A DNA stretch of 64,000 bases from a bacterium (GCA_025774845.1 JALGZP010000001.1:25519-89518); one strand, 5' to 3'; counted from the stretch's first letter, positions 43,827 through 54,870 are shown. The notes: generated by a model not told the origin, from the letters alone. Numbers and translations: made by a program.

Positions 43827-44402
43827 ATGGGTGCATTGACTGAAATAAGATGGCATGGAAGAGGAGGGCAGGGTGCCAAGACCGCTTCATTCCTGCTTGC
43901 CGAGTCGCTCATAGACCAGGGCAAGTTCGCACAGGGCTTCCCTGACTACGGACCGGAGCGCATGGGTGCCCCTATAAGGGGATACAACAGGATAAGCGAC
44001 GAACCCGTGAGTCTCCACTGTGACGTGGCTGCTCCCGGGATCGTGGTTGTCCTGGATCCGACCCTGATCGGTTCTGATGACATCACGGGTGGATTGCTCA
44101 AAGACGGTACGGTGCTGGTCAACTCACCGAGTGGTGCGCGGGAGATCAGGAAAGAGCTCGGTCTTGAGGGTGGCAGAGTGTTTACGGTGGATGCGACGGG
44201 GATCGCTCTTGATGAGATCGGCAGACCCATACCGAACCTCCCCATGATAGGTGCGCTCTTAAAGGTCACCGATCTGGCGGACATAGAAAGCATGACGTCA
44301 ATTGTACGCAAGAAGTTTGAAGGTAAATTCACAAAGCCGATTATCGACGGCAACGTCAAAGCTATGAAAAGAGCCTATGAGGAGGTAAAAGCAGAGAAAT
44401 GA
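43827..44402 (+). CDS. porG: 2-oxoacid (pyruvate):ferredoxin oxidoreductase, gamma subunit
   Basis: IRWHGRGGQGAKTASFLLAE...GAREIRKEL. GAGGAGG ribosome-binding site upstream. Confidence 0.85.
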   Translation: MGALTEIRWHGRGGQGAKTASFLLAESLIDQGKFAQGFPDYGPERMGAPIRGYNRISDEPVSLHCDVAAPGIVVVLDPTLIGSDDITGGLLKDGTVLVNSPSGAREIRKELGLEGGRVFTVDATGIALDEIGRPIPNLPMIGALLKVTDLADIESMTSIVRKKFEGKFTKPIIDGNVKAMKRAYEEVKAEK

Positions 44403-44707
44403 AGAAGAAGGGGTGGAAGGAACTAGCGATTGGCGGACGAATAGATGAGGCGGGTTGCGCCGCACAGTATGAAACCGGTTCGTGGCGCACCTTCAGACCC
44501 GTCAGGGACGAGGAAAAATGTACCGACTGTCTCAGGTGCTGGATCTACTGCCCTGATTCTGCGATAAAGGTTGAGGACGGCAAGATAGTCGGCCTCGATC
44601 TCGATCACTGCAAGGGCTGCGGCATTTGTGCCGAGGTCTGCCCACCGAAAATACACGCGATCGAGATGATCCAGGAAGCCGAATTGAAACAGAAGGAGCA
44701 TGAGTGA
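44399..44707 (+). CDS. porD: 2-oxoacid:ferredoxin oxidoreductase, delta (ferredoxin) subunit
   Basis: Two [4Fe-4S] motifs, CTDCLRCWIYCP and CKGCGICAEVCP. Confidence 0.85.
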   Translation: MKKKGWKELAIGGRIDEAGCAAQYETGSWRTFRPVRDEEKCTDCLRCWIYCPDSAIKVEDGKIVGLDLDHCKGCGICAEVCPPKIHAIEMIQEAELKQKEHE

Positions 44708-45900
44708 TGAAAACCATTGCCGAGAAGACGGTGATAGCACTCACCGGTAACGATGCCGTTGCGGAGGCGATGAGGCAGGTCAATCCGGATGTCGTAGCCG
44801 CCTATCCGATAACGCCCCAGACAGAGCTCATGCACAAGTTTGCCGACTTTGTTTCTGACGGCTGGGTCAAGACCGAGTTCGTGCTCGTGGAAAGCGAGCA
44901 CAGTGCGATGAGCGCCGCCGTAGGCGCCTCGGCCGCGGGCGCAAGGGTAATGACTGCCACATCGGCCAACGGGCTGGCCCTGATGTGGGAGATTCTCTAC
45001 ATAGCGGCTTCCACGCGTTGCCCGATAGTGATGGGGGTCGTAAACCGCGCTCTCAGCGCACCCATAAACATCCACTGCGACCACAGCGATTCGATGGGTG
45101 CGAGAGATGCGGGCTGGATACACCTGCATTCAGAGAACTCACAGGAAGCATACGATAACGCCGTGCAGGCTGTTAGAATCGCCGAGAACAGGGACATCCT
45201 GCTGCCGGTGATGGTCTGCCTCGACGGGTTCATCCTGAGCCATACGCTTGAGCCGGTTGAGCTCCTAAAAGACGCGACCGTCCAGAACTTCATCGGGGAT
45301 TATAAGCCCGTACACGAGCTTTTGAATACCGACAAACCGATGACGTTCGGACCCCTGGATTTCCATGATTTCTACTTCGAACACAAGATACCCCAGATAG
45401 AAGCAATGAAGAAAGCACCGGAGGTGATCAAAAGCGTTGCCGCCGAATTCGGCGAGCTTTCCGGACGGCACTACGGCCTGATTGAGCGTTACTTCACCGA
45501 TGATGCCGAGCGCATTATAGTCGCAATCGGCTCAACATGCGGGACGACTAAGGCGGTCGTCGACAAGCTCAGAGCCGGGGGCGAGAAAGTGGGGCTCTTG
45601 AAGATAAGGAGCTTCAGACCGTTTCCGTATGCTGAGGTCAGAGAGGCGCTTTCGGGTGCACGAGCGGTCGGGGTGCTCGACAGATCACATTCGTTCGGTG
45701 CGCAGGGCGGGCCGGTGCTGATCGAGATAAGGGCTGCCCTTTACCATCACGCCGATGTCCCCATCAAAGGGTATATCTATGGTCTCGGTGGACGTGATAT
45801 GGGCACAGCACATATCGAGCATGCATTCGAACAATTAAAGGTACTGGTCTCCAGCGGCAAGAGCTCGGATGAGATCGGTTTTCTGGGTGTGAGGGAATAG
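44704..45900 (+). CDS. porA: 2-oxoacid:ferredoxin oxidoreductase, alpha subunit
   Basis: LTGNDAVAEAMRQVNPDVVAAYPITPQTE... over 398 aa. Confidence 0.85.
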   Translation: MMKTIAEKTVIALTGNDAVAEAMRQVNPDVVAAYPITPQTELMHKFADFVSDGWVKTEFVLVESEHSAMSAAVGASAAGARVMTATSANGLALMWEILYIAASTRCPIVMGVVNRALSAPINIHCDHSDSMGARDAGWIHLHSENSQEAYDNAVQAVRIAENRDILLPVMVCLDGFILSHTLEPVELLKDATVQNFIGDYKPVHELLNTDKPMTFGPLDFHDFYFEHKIPQIEAMKKAPEVIKSVAAEFGELSGRHYGLIERYFTDDAERIIVAIGSTCGTTKAVVDKLRAGGEKVGLLKIRSFRPFPYAEVREALSGARAVGVLDRSHSFGAQGGPVLIEIRAALYHHADVPIKGYIYGLGGRDMGTAHIEHAFEQLKVLVSSGKSSDEIGFLGVRE

Positions 45901-45912
45901 GAGGTTTTTCAA

Positions 45913-46872
45913 GTGGCAAGTCTAAAAGAGCTTTCCAAGCGAGAAGATCTTCTCACCGGGGGTCACAGGGCCTGTGCGGGGTGTGCCGCGACCATCGTCG
46001 CGCGCCAGGTGTTGCTGGCTGCGGGAAAAGACGTGGTCGTTGGCTGTGCCACCGGGTGTCTCGAAGTTGTCACAACGATCTTTCCCTACACCGCGTGGAA
46101 GGTACCCTATATACACAATGCCTTCGAGAACGTGGCGTCCTCCGTCAGTGGAGTCGAGTCGGCCTACAAGTCGCTCAAGCGCCAGGGCAAGATCACCAAG
46201 GAGATGAAGTTCATCGCCTTCGCCGGTGACGGTGGTACATACGATATCGGGCTCCAGGCGCTTTCGGGGATGGCCGAGCGAGGACACCGGATACTATACA
46301 TCTGCTATGACAATGAAGCGTACATGAATACCGGTATCCAGCGTTCGAGCGCTACACCCATCGGGGCGGCGACATCCACATGCCCGGCGGGTGATGAGAT
46401 CCCCGGCAAGGCCCAGTATCACAAGGACATGACGAAGATCATGGCCGCCCACAGGATCCCTTACGTCGCTCAGGCTTCGCCGAGTAACTATGCGGATCTC
46501 ATGCGCAAGGTTGAGAAGGCCCTTTCAAAGGACGGTCCGAGCTTCATCAACATCATGTCGCCCTGCCACAGGGGCTGGCGTTACCCGATGGAAAAGACGA
46601 TCGAAATCGCAAGGCTGGCCGTGGAGACCTGTTTCTGGCCGCTCTATGAGTGTGATGAAGGCGCTTGGAAGATAACCTATACGCCCAAAGAGAAACTTCC
46701 TCTGAGCGAATTCACGGACAAGCAGGGCAGGTTCGATCATCTCAAGAAGAACCCGGAGTTACTCCAGGCCGGACAGGATGAAATCGATCGGCGCTGGCGT
46801 GAACTCCAGGCGCTTTCGGGTATCGGCAATCTCTGTGAGGTTGCATGCGACGAGCGTAAGGATAACAATTGA
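45913..46872 (+). CDS. porB: 2-oxoacid:ferredoxin oxidoreductase, beta (thiamine-pyrophosphate-binding) subunit
   Basis: GHRACAGCAATIVARQVL...AFAGDGGTYDIGLQALSG. GTG start. Confidence 0.85.
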   Translation: MASLKELSKREDLLTGGHRACAGCAATIVARQVLLAAGKDVVVGCATGCLEVVTTIFPYTAWKVPYIHNAFENVASSVSGVESAYKSLKRQGKITKEMKFIAFAGDGGTYDIGLQALSGMAERGHRILYICYDNEAYMNTGIQRSSATPIGAATSTCPAGDEIPGKAQYHKDMTKIMAAHRIPYVAQASPSNYADLMRKVEKALSKDGPSFINIMSPCHRGWRYPMEKTIEIARLAVETCFWPLYECDEGAWKITYTPKEKLPLSEFTDKQGRFDHLKKNPELLQAGQDEIDRRWRELQALSGIGNLCEVACDERKDNN

Positions 46873-47348
46873 GAAGGAGCCCCGCCGATAGTCTGGCTGT
46901 GGCGGTCGGCACCGGCGTCTATTCCGGTTACTTCCCTTTCTTTCCGGGCACTGTAGGCAGTGCTGTCGGGATCGTGCTATACCTCGTGCTCGTCCGGTCG
47001 GGTTTGCTCACGCAGAGTTTCTCAGCGGCCTGGGTTGTCACGCTGGGCGTCGTCTTCGTAGCGGGTGTTCTCTCCGCCCACCGGTGCGAGACCATCTTTG
47101 GTCACGACAACAAACGCATCGTGATCGATGAGGTGTGGGGCATGTTGATTTCACTCTTCATGCTGCCCGTATCCTGGTGGTGGATGCTATGGGCGTTCCT
47201 GATCTTCCGGTTTCTCGACATAGTCAAACCTTTTCCGGCGCGGCGGGTTGAGCGCACGGGCGGTGGCGTCGCGATCATGCTGGATGACGGCATAGCAGCG
47301 GCGTATACCGTTCTTATCCTCCAGATTCTAAGAACCGTTCTTGGGTGA
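46869..47348 (+). CDS. pgpA: Phosphatidylglycerophosphatase A
   Basis: GTGVYSGYFPFFPGTVGS...IVIDEVWGM...FRFLDIVKPFP. Confidence 0.85.
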   Translation: MRRSPADSLAVAVGTGVYSGYFPFFPGTVGSAVGIVLYLVLVRSGLLTQSFSAAWVVTLGVVFVAGVLSAHRCETIFGHDNKRIVIDEVWGMLISLFMLPVSWWWMLWAFLIFRFLDIVKPFPARRVERTGGGVAIMLDDGIAAAYTVLILQILRTVLG

Positions 47349-47354
47349 CGACCG

Positions 47355-48596
47355 ATGAGAGCGAGCATTATCACGATCGGCGATGAGCTAATCGGCGGTG
47401 AGACGGTCGACACCAATTCCGCATACCTTGCACGGCGGCTGGGCGAGCTCGGGATCGGTGTGGTCCGCATCGCGAGCGTCGCCGATGATATGGACGAGAT
47501 CTCGTCTGAGTTGATGCGTGCCGTGGAGGAGACGGATCTCGTTTTTGTAACCGGGGGCCTCGGCCCGACCGTTGATGATGTCACCAAGTGGGCGATAGCC
47601 CGGGCGACGCGACGGGAGCCCACGGTCGATGAGTCCCTGCTGATCGAACTCGGGGAGCGCTTCAAGGACTATAAGGGAGTACAGCCCGATGTGCTCGAGA
47701 GTCTGGCGACGGTACCCAAGGGTTCGAGAGTACTTAACAACCCTGTCGGCGCCGCGCCCGGTCTTGCTGTGCCCCACAAGGATAGAACGATATACGTACT
47801 CCCGGGTGTGCCGCGCGAGATGGAAGCGATCTTCGAGACGGTGATTGCCGGGGAGCTCAAAACGCGTCCGCTTGACGAATTCAGGAAGACAAGACTCGTG
47901 AGGACGATAGGCCTTCGTGAATCCCGGATCGCCGAAAAGATCGAGCCGTTAATGCCACTGCCCGGTGTCATGCTGGGATACCTCCCGAGAACGACCGGTG
48001 TCGACTTAAGGCTTACAGTAACAACCAAGCACAAGGCCGATGCCGACAGTGAGCTTGATGCAGCAGTTGAGAAGATAACCGGTCCGCTCAAGCGTCATGT
48101 CTACTCTACCGCTGGGGAGGACCTGAACGTCGTCGTCGGGAAGATGCTTATTGAAAAGCAAAAGACGATCGCTGTTGCCGAGTCTTGCACAGGGGGGCTT
48201 GTGGCCCACCTTCTGACCGACGTGGCCGGTATCTCTGCGAGTCTCGAACGGGGAATAATCTCCTACAGCAACCGGGCCAAATCGGAGAACCTCCATGTCG
48301 ATGAGGCGCTTATCCGCGACCATGGGGCCGTCAGTCCCGAGGTTGCCGAAGCGATGGCTCGTGGTGTCAGACAACTGGCGGGAGCCGATATCGGAGTGTC
48401 CACGACCGGAATCGCAGGACCGGCGGGTGGGACCCGGGATAAACCCGTGGGGCTGGTATACACCGCACTTGCGTGCGAGGAGACATGCACGGTGAACGAG
48501 AACGTCTTCAGAGGCACGAGGACCATCGTCAAGCGGCGGGCCGCGGCCCATGTTCTCAACATGGTAAGATGTCACCTGCTTGATGCGGGAGCGTGA
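47355..48596 (+). CDS. cinA: CinA-family protein (MoCF-binding-like domain plus NMN amidohydrolase PncC domain)
   Basis: ASIITIGDELIGGETVDTNSAYLARRL...C-terminal CinA domain AVAESCTGGLVAHLLTDVAG. Confidence 0.9.
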   Translation: MRASIITIGDELIGGETVDTNSAYLARRLGELGIGVVRIASVADDMDEISSELMRAVEETDLVFVTGGLGPTVDDVTKWAIARATRREPTVDESLLIELGERFKDYKGVQPDVLESLATVPKGSRVLNNPVGAAPGLAVPHKDRTIYVLPGVPREMEAIFETVIAGELKTRPLDEFRKTRLVRTIGLRESRIAEKIEPLMPLPGVMLGYLPRTTGVDLRLTVTTKHKADADSELDAAVEKITGPLKRHVYSTAGEDLNVVVGKMLIEKQKTIAVAESCTGGLVAHLLTDVAGISASLERGIISYSNRAKSENLHVDEALIRDHGAVSPEVAEAMARGVRQLAGADIGVSTTGIAGPAGGTRDKPVGLVYTALACEETCTVNENVFRGTRTIVKRRAAAHVLNMVRCHLLDAGA

Positions 48597-48599
48597 GCA

Positions 48600-49175
48600 A
48601 TGGATAAGATAAGAGCCTTTATAGCCGTTTCGATACCCGATGAGGTGAAGAAGGTCGTGGGCGAGGTTGAAGACGATCTAAGACAAGCCGGCGCAGACGT
48701 TAAGTGGGTAACTCCCGGAAACGTTCACATCACGCTCAAGTTTCTGGGTGACATTCTCGTCGACAGTGTCGACGGGCTTGTGCGAGCTCTCGCCGACGGT
48801 CTGCGGGACGCCCGCTCTTTTGAGGTCATGCTTGCCGGAACGGGGACCTTTCCCCACGGGCGGCGGGCCCCGCGGGTGGTGTGGATCGGCATGGAAGAGG
48901 GGAAAGAACGCCTCGCCGAGATTGCCGGTAGTGTTGAAGAGACCTGCTTCCGGCTGGGCTATGAGAAGGAGGACAGGCCGTTCCGGCCCCACCTTACGAT
49001 CGGCAGGGTGCGACGTGGTTCCGGCAACCTCGAGCGTCTCAGAGAGCATGTGGAAAAGGTCGAATTTAAACCCTTGAAACTGGAGATCAATCGCGTTAAT
49101 CTCGTAAGAAGCAAGCTCAGCCCCCGAGGGCCTGCCTATACGGTTCTAGAGAGTTTTACTCTCGAGCAGTCATGA
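48600..49175 (+). CDS. thpR: RNA 2',3'-cyclic phosphodiesterase (2H family, LigT/ThpR)
   Basis: Two H-x-T/S-x motifs (HITLKF and HLTIGR). Length 191 aa. Confidence 0.85.
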   Translation: MDKIRAFIAVSIPDEVKKVVGEVEDDLRQAGADVKWVTPGNVHITLKFLGDILVDSVDGLVRALADGLRDARSFEVMLAGTGTFPHGRRAPRVVWIGMEEGKERLAEIAGSVEETCFRLGYEKEDRPFRPHLTIGRVRRGSGNLERLREHVEKVEFKPLKLEINRVNLVRSKLSPRGPAYTVLESFTLEQS

Positions 49176-49191
49176 GAAGGGAGGTTGGGGT

Positions 49192-50250
49192 ATGGTTCCG
49201 AAGCAGAAATCTGCACGGGTGGAAAAGACAGTCGATCGGTCCGGTAATAAGACCAAGGCACTTGAGGTCGCGATTACCCAGATAGAGCGGCAGTACGGTA
49301 AAGGATCCATAATGCGGCTCGGTGAGGGTGCGACATGCGAAGAGGTGGGTATTATCCCGACAGGTTCGATCGGGCTTGATACTGCACTCGGAATAGGGGG
49401 GATCCCCCGCGGAAGAGTGGTCGAGGTGTTCGGTCCGGAGTCCTCGGGTAAGACCACGCTCGTCCTTCACATCATTGCCCAGGCACAGAAGAGTGGCGGG
49501 CTCGCGGCATTCGTTGACGCCGAGCACGCGCTCGATCCGGCCTATGCGCGGAAGCTGGGTGTGGATGTCGATAATCTGCTCGTCTCCCAGCCCGATACGG
49601 GTGAGCAGGCACTTGAGATCACCGACATGCTCGTGAGGAGTGGGGCACTGGATCTCGTTGCCATCGACTCGGTGGCCGCACTGGTACCGCGGGCCGAGAT
49701 CGACGGCGAGATGGGTGAGTCCCAGATGGGACTCCAGGCGAGGCTGATGTCACAGGCACTGCGGAAGCTCACGGGAAGTATAAGTAAATCAAGAACTTGT
49801 GTGATTTTCGTAAACCAGATTCGAATGAACATCGGTGTGATGTTCGGTAACCCCGAGACCACCTCGGGAGGCCGGGCTCTTAAGTTCTACTCATCTGTGC
49901 GGATCGACATAAGAAGGATCGGCTCGATCAAGGACCGCGACCAGATGGTCGGCAACAGGACACGGGCCAAGGTGGTCAAGAACAAGGTTGCGCCCCCGTT
50001 TAAGGATGCCGAATTCGATATCATCTATGGTGAGGGTATCTCCCGGGAAGGCGAACTCATAGACCTGGGTATCATCCACAATCTGATCGAAAAGAGTGGA
50101 ACGTGGTACTCATTCGGTAAGGAACGGCTGGGCCAGGGCAGAGACAACGCAAGGAAGTACCTCATAGAGAATGCAGAACTTGCGAACAGTATCGAAACGA
50201 GAATCAGGGAGATACTGGAGCTGCCGGCGATACCAACGCCAAGTACGTGA
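49192..50250 (+). CDS. recA: Recombinase RecA
   Basis: [10 protein letters not shown]...[10 protein letters not shown]...[10 protein letters not shown]...full length. GGGAGG ribosome-binding site upstream. Confidence 0.95.
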   Translation: MVPKQKSARVEKTVDRSGNKTKALEVAITQIERQYGKGSIMRLGEGATCEEVGIIPTGSIGLDTALGIGGIPRGRVVEVFGPESSGKTTLVLHIIAQAQKSGGLAAFVDAEHALDPAYARKLGVDVDNLLVSQPDTGEQALEITDMLVRSGALDLVAIDSVAALVPRAEIDGEMGESQMGLQARLMSQALRKLTGSISKSRTCVIFVNQIRMNIGVMFGNPETTSGGRALKFYSSVRIDIRRIGSIKDRDQMVGNRTRAKVVKNKVAPPFKDAEFDIIYGEGISREGELIDLGIIHNLIEKSGTWYSFGKERLGQGRDNARKYLIENAELANSIETRIREILELPAIPTPST

Positions 50251-50251
50251 C

Positions 50252-50917
50252 ATGACCCGGTGTCAGGCTACACCCACGGTGTCCGCGGTGGAGAAAGTCC
50301 CTCGCAAGAAGGAGTATCTTCTCAGGCTTTCGGACGGCTCCACGATAAGGGTTCTTGAAGAGCACCTGACGCGTTCTGGACTTGAAGAAGGATGTCCGGT
50401 AGATGAGGATACGAGACGGGAGGTCGCCGACTCGTATGAGTACGCCACTGCGAGGGGGATCGCGCTCCGGCTCTTGAAGACGCGGCCGCGAACAGAGGAG
50501 GAATTGAAGCGACGTTTCCGAAAGGCTGATCTGAGGGTGAAAATCTGTGAACGGGTGCTGGATGATCTCAAGGCCGATGGGCATGTGGACGATCGAGTGT
50601 TCGCGCAACTCTGGGTCAAGGAGAAGATCGGTAGGGGCGGCTCAGGCAGGCGGCGTATCTCAAGCGAATTGAGATCGAAGGGGATCGACAGGACAATAGT
50701 TGAAGAAGAGATCGCCAGGAATTACGATGACAGGCAGGAGGTCGAAATAGCGACGCGGCTTGCGCTCAGGCGACTGGGCAGGCTGAAATCTCTGCCCGCT
50801 GGTGTGGCAAGACGGCGGCTCTACGGTCTTCTCCTGAGGCGCGGTTTCCAGGCCGATGTTGCATCAGCCGCACTCGAGGCAGCTCTTGAATCGGTAAGCA
50901 GGGAAGAGACGACATGA
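50252..50917 (+). CDS. recX: RecA regulator RecX
   Basis: Three-helix repeats typical of RecX. The ATG lies 1 nt after the recA stop, and the stop overlaps the alaS start (ATGA). Confidence 0.8.
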   Translation: MTRCQATPTVSAVEKVPRKKEYLLRLSDGSTIRVLEEHLTRSGLEEGCPVDEDTRREVADSYEYATARGIALRLLKTRPRTEEELKRRFRKADLRVKICERVLDDLKADGHVDDRVFAQLWVKEKIGRGGSGRRRISSELRSKGIDRTIVEEEIARNYDDRQEVEIATRLALRRLGRLKSLPAGVARRRLYGLLLRRGFQADVASAALEAALESVSREETT

Positions 50918-53508
50918 AATCGGATGAGCTTCGCAGATTGTTTTTGGAGTTCTTCAAGGAACGGGGTCATACCGTTGTGCCGAGCGCCTCGCTCGTGCCT
51001 GAGGGCGATCCCACGCTTCTGTTCAATATTGCGGGCATGGTCCAGTTCAAACAGTTCTATGCGTCCAAGGGGGAGATCCCGTTTACAAGAACCGCTTCGG
51101 TCCAGAAGTGCTTGAGGGCTACGGATCTTGAAGAGGTCGGCCGCACGATCAAGCACCATACCTTTTTTGAGATGCTCGGGAATTTCTCCTTCGGCGACTA
51201 CTTCAAGGAAGAGGCGATCGACTGGGCATGGGAATTCCTCACGGTGGTACTCGGGATAGATCCGGAGCGGCTTCATGTCTCGGTCTTCCGGGATGATGAC
51301 GAGAGCGAGAAGTTGTGGGCAGGGCGGATCGGTGTACCGATGAATCGCATCTACCGTCTGGATGAGTGTGATAACTTCTGGGGTCCCGCGGGTCTTACGG
51401 GTGCATGCGGACCCTGTTCGGAGATCCACTACGATCTTGGCGAAGACATGGGCTGCGGGAAACCGGACTGCACGCCCGCATGTGACTGCGACCGCTTCGT
51501 AGAAGTCTGGAACCTCGTGTTCCCACAGTTCTACCAGGCAGAAGACGGCAGCCGCGGGCCGCTAGAGCGGAGGGGTGTCGATACCGGCATGGGGCTTGAG
51601 CGCCTGGCCATGGTTTGCCAGGGGGTTAAGTCTACCTATGAGACCGATCTCCTCAAGCCCATACGCGACTTTGTGCTGGAGGAAGCCGGTCTTGAGAGTG
51701 TGGATGCGATCCAGGAGGTCGGTGCCCGTGTGATCTCCGATCATGCGAGGGCGCTCTGCTTCGCCATATGCGAGGGAGTGCTCCCGTCCAATGAGGGCCG
51801 TGGATATGTCATCAGGCGCATCCTGCGCCGGGCCGTCGTAAAGGCGCTGGAGCTCGGTATCGAGGAAGCTTTCCTCTTTAAGGTGGTCGGCAGGGTGATT
51901 GACGCGATGCTCAACGCCTACCCCGAGATCGCCGAGAACCGCGAGAAAATCGCACTCATTGTCAAGAGGGATGAGCAGCGCTTCCAGAGGACGTTGGCGC
52001 GCGGGATGGCGATCTTTAAGGATACCCTGGGTGATATGGCAGCCAGGGGAGAAAAGACGATTTCGGGGGAGACGGTTTTTAAGCTCTACGATACGTATGG
52101 CTTCCCGGTTGAGATCACGCAGGAGCTCGCGGAGAATCACGGGCTTGCCGTCGATCTCGATGCTTTTGAAAGCGAGATGCAAAAACAGCGCGACCGTGCG
52201 AGGCAGGCGAGCCGGATCGGGGTGGAGGACGGGATCGCCGAAGAGGTGATACGGGCGCCCGATAACTTCGTCGGCTACGACAACCTCGAAGTCCCGACCG
52301 TTGTATCATCGGTAACCGGTGAGGGTGAGGAGTTCGTAGTCGAGCTCGAGCAGACACCGTTCTACCCCGAGGGTGGGGGGCAGGTCGGGGACGTCGGGAC
52401 CCTGGTCGGAAACACCGGCAGAGGTACGGTCAAGGAAGTCAGATGGCTGGGTGGAAGCAAGATCGCGCACCGCGTCGTCGTGACCAAAGGAAGTCTCAAA
52501 GCCGGTGAGGGTGTTGTTGCGAGAGTGGATATCGGAAGGAGAAAATCAAGCCAGCGGAACCACACGGCGACCCACCTTCTACATTCAGCACTTCGCTCCG
52601 TCCTCGGCGGGCACGTGCGGCAGTCGGGTTCGCTGGTTGCCCCGGATAGACTACGTTTCGATTTCACGCACTACGAACCGCTGTCCGAGGAGGATGTCTC
52701 TGCTATAGAGGATATCGTGAACAGCCGGGTTCTTGACAACATCCCCGTCAGGGCTTCCATGGAAGCATTTGAAGATGCAAAAGCAAGGGGCGCCATAGCG
52801 CTGTTCGGTGAGAAATACGGACAGCAGGTCAGGATGATAGATATCGAGCAGACGAGTTGCGAGCTCTGTGGCGGGACCCATGTCAGGTCAACGGGTGAGA
52901 TAGGTGGATTCAGGATACTGTCCGAATCCGGAATCGCGGCCGGTGTGCGGAGGATCGAGGCCGCAACAGGTGAGGCTGCGATCTCAATCGGCAGGGATGC
53001 AACAAGAGAGCTTGAACACATAGCGTCGATTCTCAAAGTACCGGTCCATGATCTTGGTGACGGGGCACGCAAGACCATAGAAAAGGTCAAAGCACTCGAG
53101 AAGGAGATCTCGGAGCTCAGGCAACGGCTGGCCGGAAGTGAGGTCGACGACATACTCGCTGGTGTCAAGGATATCGATGGCATCAAGGTTGTGGGTGCAA
53201 GGGTCGATGCTCCAAGCGTCGAGATCCTCAAGCACCTGACCGATAAGATAAAGGAACGGCTGCCGGATGGTGTCGTCTGCGTTGGCAGTGCGGTGGGGGA
53301 CAGGGCGATCATCGTCGTGGGAGTCGACCCTGCAATTGCCAGGGAGAAGGGCGTCAAGGCGTCGCTCATAGCCAAGAAGCTCGGGGAGATGGTGGGTGGA
53401 AAGGGTGGAGGCAAGGATACGTTCGCCCAAGCGGGCGGCAAGAACGTGGACAAGCTGAATGCCACGCTTGAGCAGTGTGCGGAGGTGGTAGCAGGTCTTG
53501 TCAAATAG
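50914..53508 (+). CDS. alaS: Alanine--tRNA ligase
   Basis: LRRLFLEFFKERGHTVVPSASLVPEGDPTLLFNIAGMVQFK...full 864-aa class II alanyl-tRNA synthetase with editing and C-Ala domains. Confidence 0.95.
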   Translation: MKSDELRRLFLEFFKERGHTVVPSASLVPEGDPTLLFNIAGMVQFKQFYASKGEIPFTRTASVQKCLRATDLEEVGRTIKHHTFFEMLGNFSFGDYFKEEAIDWAWEFLTVVLGIDPERLHVSVFRDDDESEKLWAGRIGVPMNRIYRLDECDNFWGPAGLTGACGPCSEIHYDLGEDMGCGKPDCTPACDCDRFVEVWNLVFPQFYQAEDGSRGPLERRGVDTGMGLERLAMVCQGVKSTYETDLLKPIRDFVLEEAGLESVDAIQEVGARVISDHARALCFAICEGVLPSNEGRGYVIRRILRRAVVKALELGIEEAFLFKVVGRVIDAMLNAYPEIAENREKIALIVKRDEQRFQRTLARGMAIFKDTLGDMAARGEKTISGETVFKLYDTYGFPVEITQELAENHGLAVDLDAFESEMQKQRDRARQASRIGVEDGIAEEVIRAPDNFVGYDNLEVPTVVSSVTGEGEEFVVELEQTPFYPEGGGQVGDVGTLVGNTGRGTVKEVRWLGGSKIAHRVVVTKGSLKAGEGVVARVDIGRRKSSQRNHTATHLLHSALRSVLGGHVRQSGSLVAPDRLRFDFTHYEPLSEEDVSAIEDIVNSRVLDNIPVRASMEAFEDAKARGAIALFGEKYGQQVRMIDIEQTSCELCGGTHVRSTGEIGGFRILSESGIAAGVRRIEAATGEAAISIGRDATRELEHIASILKVPVHDLGDGARKTIEKVKALEKEISELRQRLAGSEVDDILAGVKDIDGIKVVGARVDAPSVEILKHLTDKIKERLPDGVVCVGSAVGDRAIIVVGVDPAIAREKGVKASLIAKKLGEMVGGKGGGKDTFAQAGGKNVDKLNATLEQCAEVVAGLVK

Positions 53509-53698
53509 CGAGCCGCGAGACCGGGATATCAACATCAAGTGCGTCTGGACCTGCGGACTCTGCAGTGCCGTATGCCGCGACAGGGCGATTTCTTACATGC
53601 CGGAATCCGTAGAAGTGGATAGATCCATCTGCTCGGGTTGTCTTGTTTGTGTCAAGGTATGCCCGGCCGGCATCCTGGAGGACGAGACCTTTGCGTGA
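53498..53698 (+). CDS. Small (66 aa) 2x[4Fe-4S]-type ferredoxin, with an atypical first cluster motif
   Basis: CVWTCGLCSAVC (Cx3Cx2Cx3C) and CSGCLVCVKVCP. TTG start overlapping the alaS stop. The 3' end overlaps the TTG start of the reductase gene by 8 nt. Confidence 0.6.
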   Translation: MSNSEPRDRDINIKCVWTCGLCSAVCRDRAISYMPESVEVDRSICSGCLVCVKVCPAGILEDETFA

Positions 53699-54869
53699 TT
53701 TCGATGTCGTCGTAGTCGGTGGTGGCTGTTCGGGTCTGTGGGCGGCGAGGGCGGCAGCCATGAGTGGTGTAAGCACGCTGCTCATTGAGAGAACCGCACG
53801 CATCGGCGAGCATATCGTATGTGCGGAGGGTGTGGGAACCGACGGTATGACGGATCTGCTGGAACTTGAACCCGAATGGATAGCCACAACCATACACGGG
53901 GGGAAACTGTCTGCTCCCGGGGAGAAAATCGTAGAGTTCACGGAGCGGGGATGCGGTTACGTGCTCAACAAGAGGAACTTCCTTCACGGGCTTTCACGTA
54001 TGGCTGGAGAGGCCGGTGTCGAGATGTGGCTGGGGACCCGGGCGACCACTGTGAGGCCGCTCGACTCCGGTGGTGTCCGGATTGAGGTCGAAGCACCGGG
54101 CCGAACCCGGACCATCACGGCCGGAGCGGTGGTTGCTGCCGACGGTGTTGAATCTTTGATAGCAAGGCAGGTCGGGATACGTGACTGCCTCCGGCCTGAA
54201 GAACTCTTCTCTTGCGCACAATACACGGTAACCCGGATCGACGTTGACCCGCATACGGTAGAATTCCACTTTGGAAGGGAGATTTCTCCCGGTGGATATG
54301 CCTGGGTCTTCCCAAAGGGTGATTCAGTTGCCAACGTCGGTGTCGGTGTCATCCCGGGTGTGGCCGGTGACCGTAAGCCCATCGAATATCTTGAGACGTT
54401 CAAGCAGTGTCGCTGTCCCTCTTCGAATATAATCAGTCACGTGGTGGGAGGCGTACCGACGGTCAAGGACCCGTCCAGGGCGTCAAAGTCAGGAGTCTTC
54501 CTGGCCGGCGACGCCGCCGGGATCACCGATCCGGTCTCGGGTGCGGGAATCGTGCCGGGTATGGAGTCGGGAGCCGTGGCCGGTGAGTATGCGGCCAGGT
54601 ATGCGGCGAAGGAGAGCGATGGGCGTGCCCTGGAAAAGGAGTTCGCCGGGAGTCTCAAATCGCTTCTCAAGGACCGGCGTATCAGGTACGCTGTCAGAAA
54701 GGTGCTATCCAAAATGGATGATAAGGAACTCGCAAGGATGATCGATGCGACCGGTGAGTACCTTGCCGGTGGCAAAACGATAAGGGGCGATCCGTTCCGG
54801 CTTGTGAGATTCCTGGTCAAGGTCATGCCGAACACATTTGGGCTTATCAAACACATTGTGAGGGTCTGA
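53691..54869 (+). CDS. Geranylgeranyl reductase-family FAD-dependent oxidoreductase (digeranylgeranylglycerophospholipid reductase-like)
   Basis: FDVVVVGGGCSGLWAARAAA (FAD-binding)...GVFLAGDAAGITDPVSGAGI, the geranylgeranyl reductase family signature (TIGR02032-like). Confidence 0.8.
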   Translation: MRDFDVVVVGGGCSGLWAARAAAMSGVSTLLIERTARIGEHIVCAEGVGTDGMTDLLELEPEWIATTIHGGKLSAPGEKIVEFTERGCGYVLNKRNFLHGLSRMAGEAGVEMWLGTRATTVRPLDSGGVRIEVEAPGRTRTITAGAVVAADGVESLIARQVGIRDCLRPEELFSCAQYTVTRIDVDPHTVEFHFGREISPGGYAWVFPKGDSVANVGVGVIPGVAGDRKPIEYLETFKQCRCPSSNIISHVVGGVPTVKDPSRASKSGVFLAGDAAGITDPVSGAGIVPGMESGAVAGEYAARYAAKESDGRALEKEFAGSLKSLLKDRRIRYAVRKVLSKMDDKELARMIDATGEYLAGGKTIRGDPFRLVRFLVKVMPNTFGLIKHIVRV

Positions 54870-54870
54870 G

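Noticed and set aside
52671-53504. 277-aa minus-strand ORF inside alaS
   Set aside because: It is antisense to a highly conserved alaS region and has a Ser/Thr/Ala low-complexity sequence.
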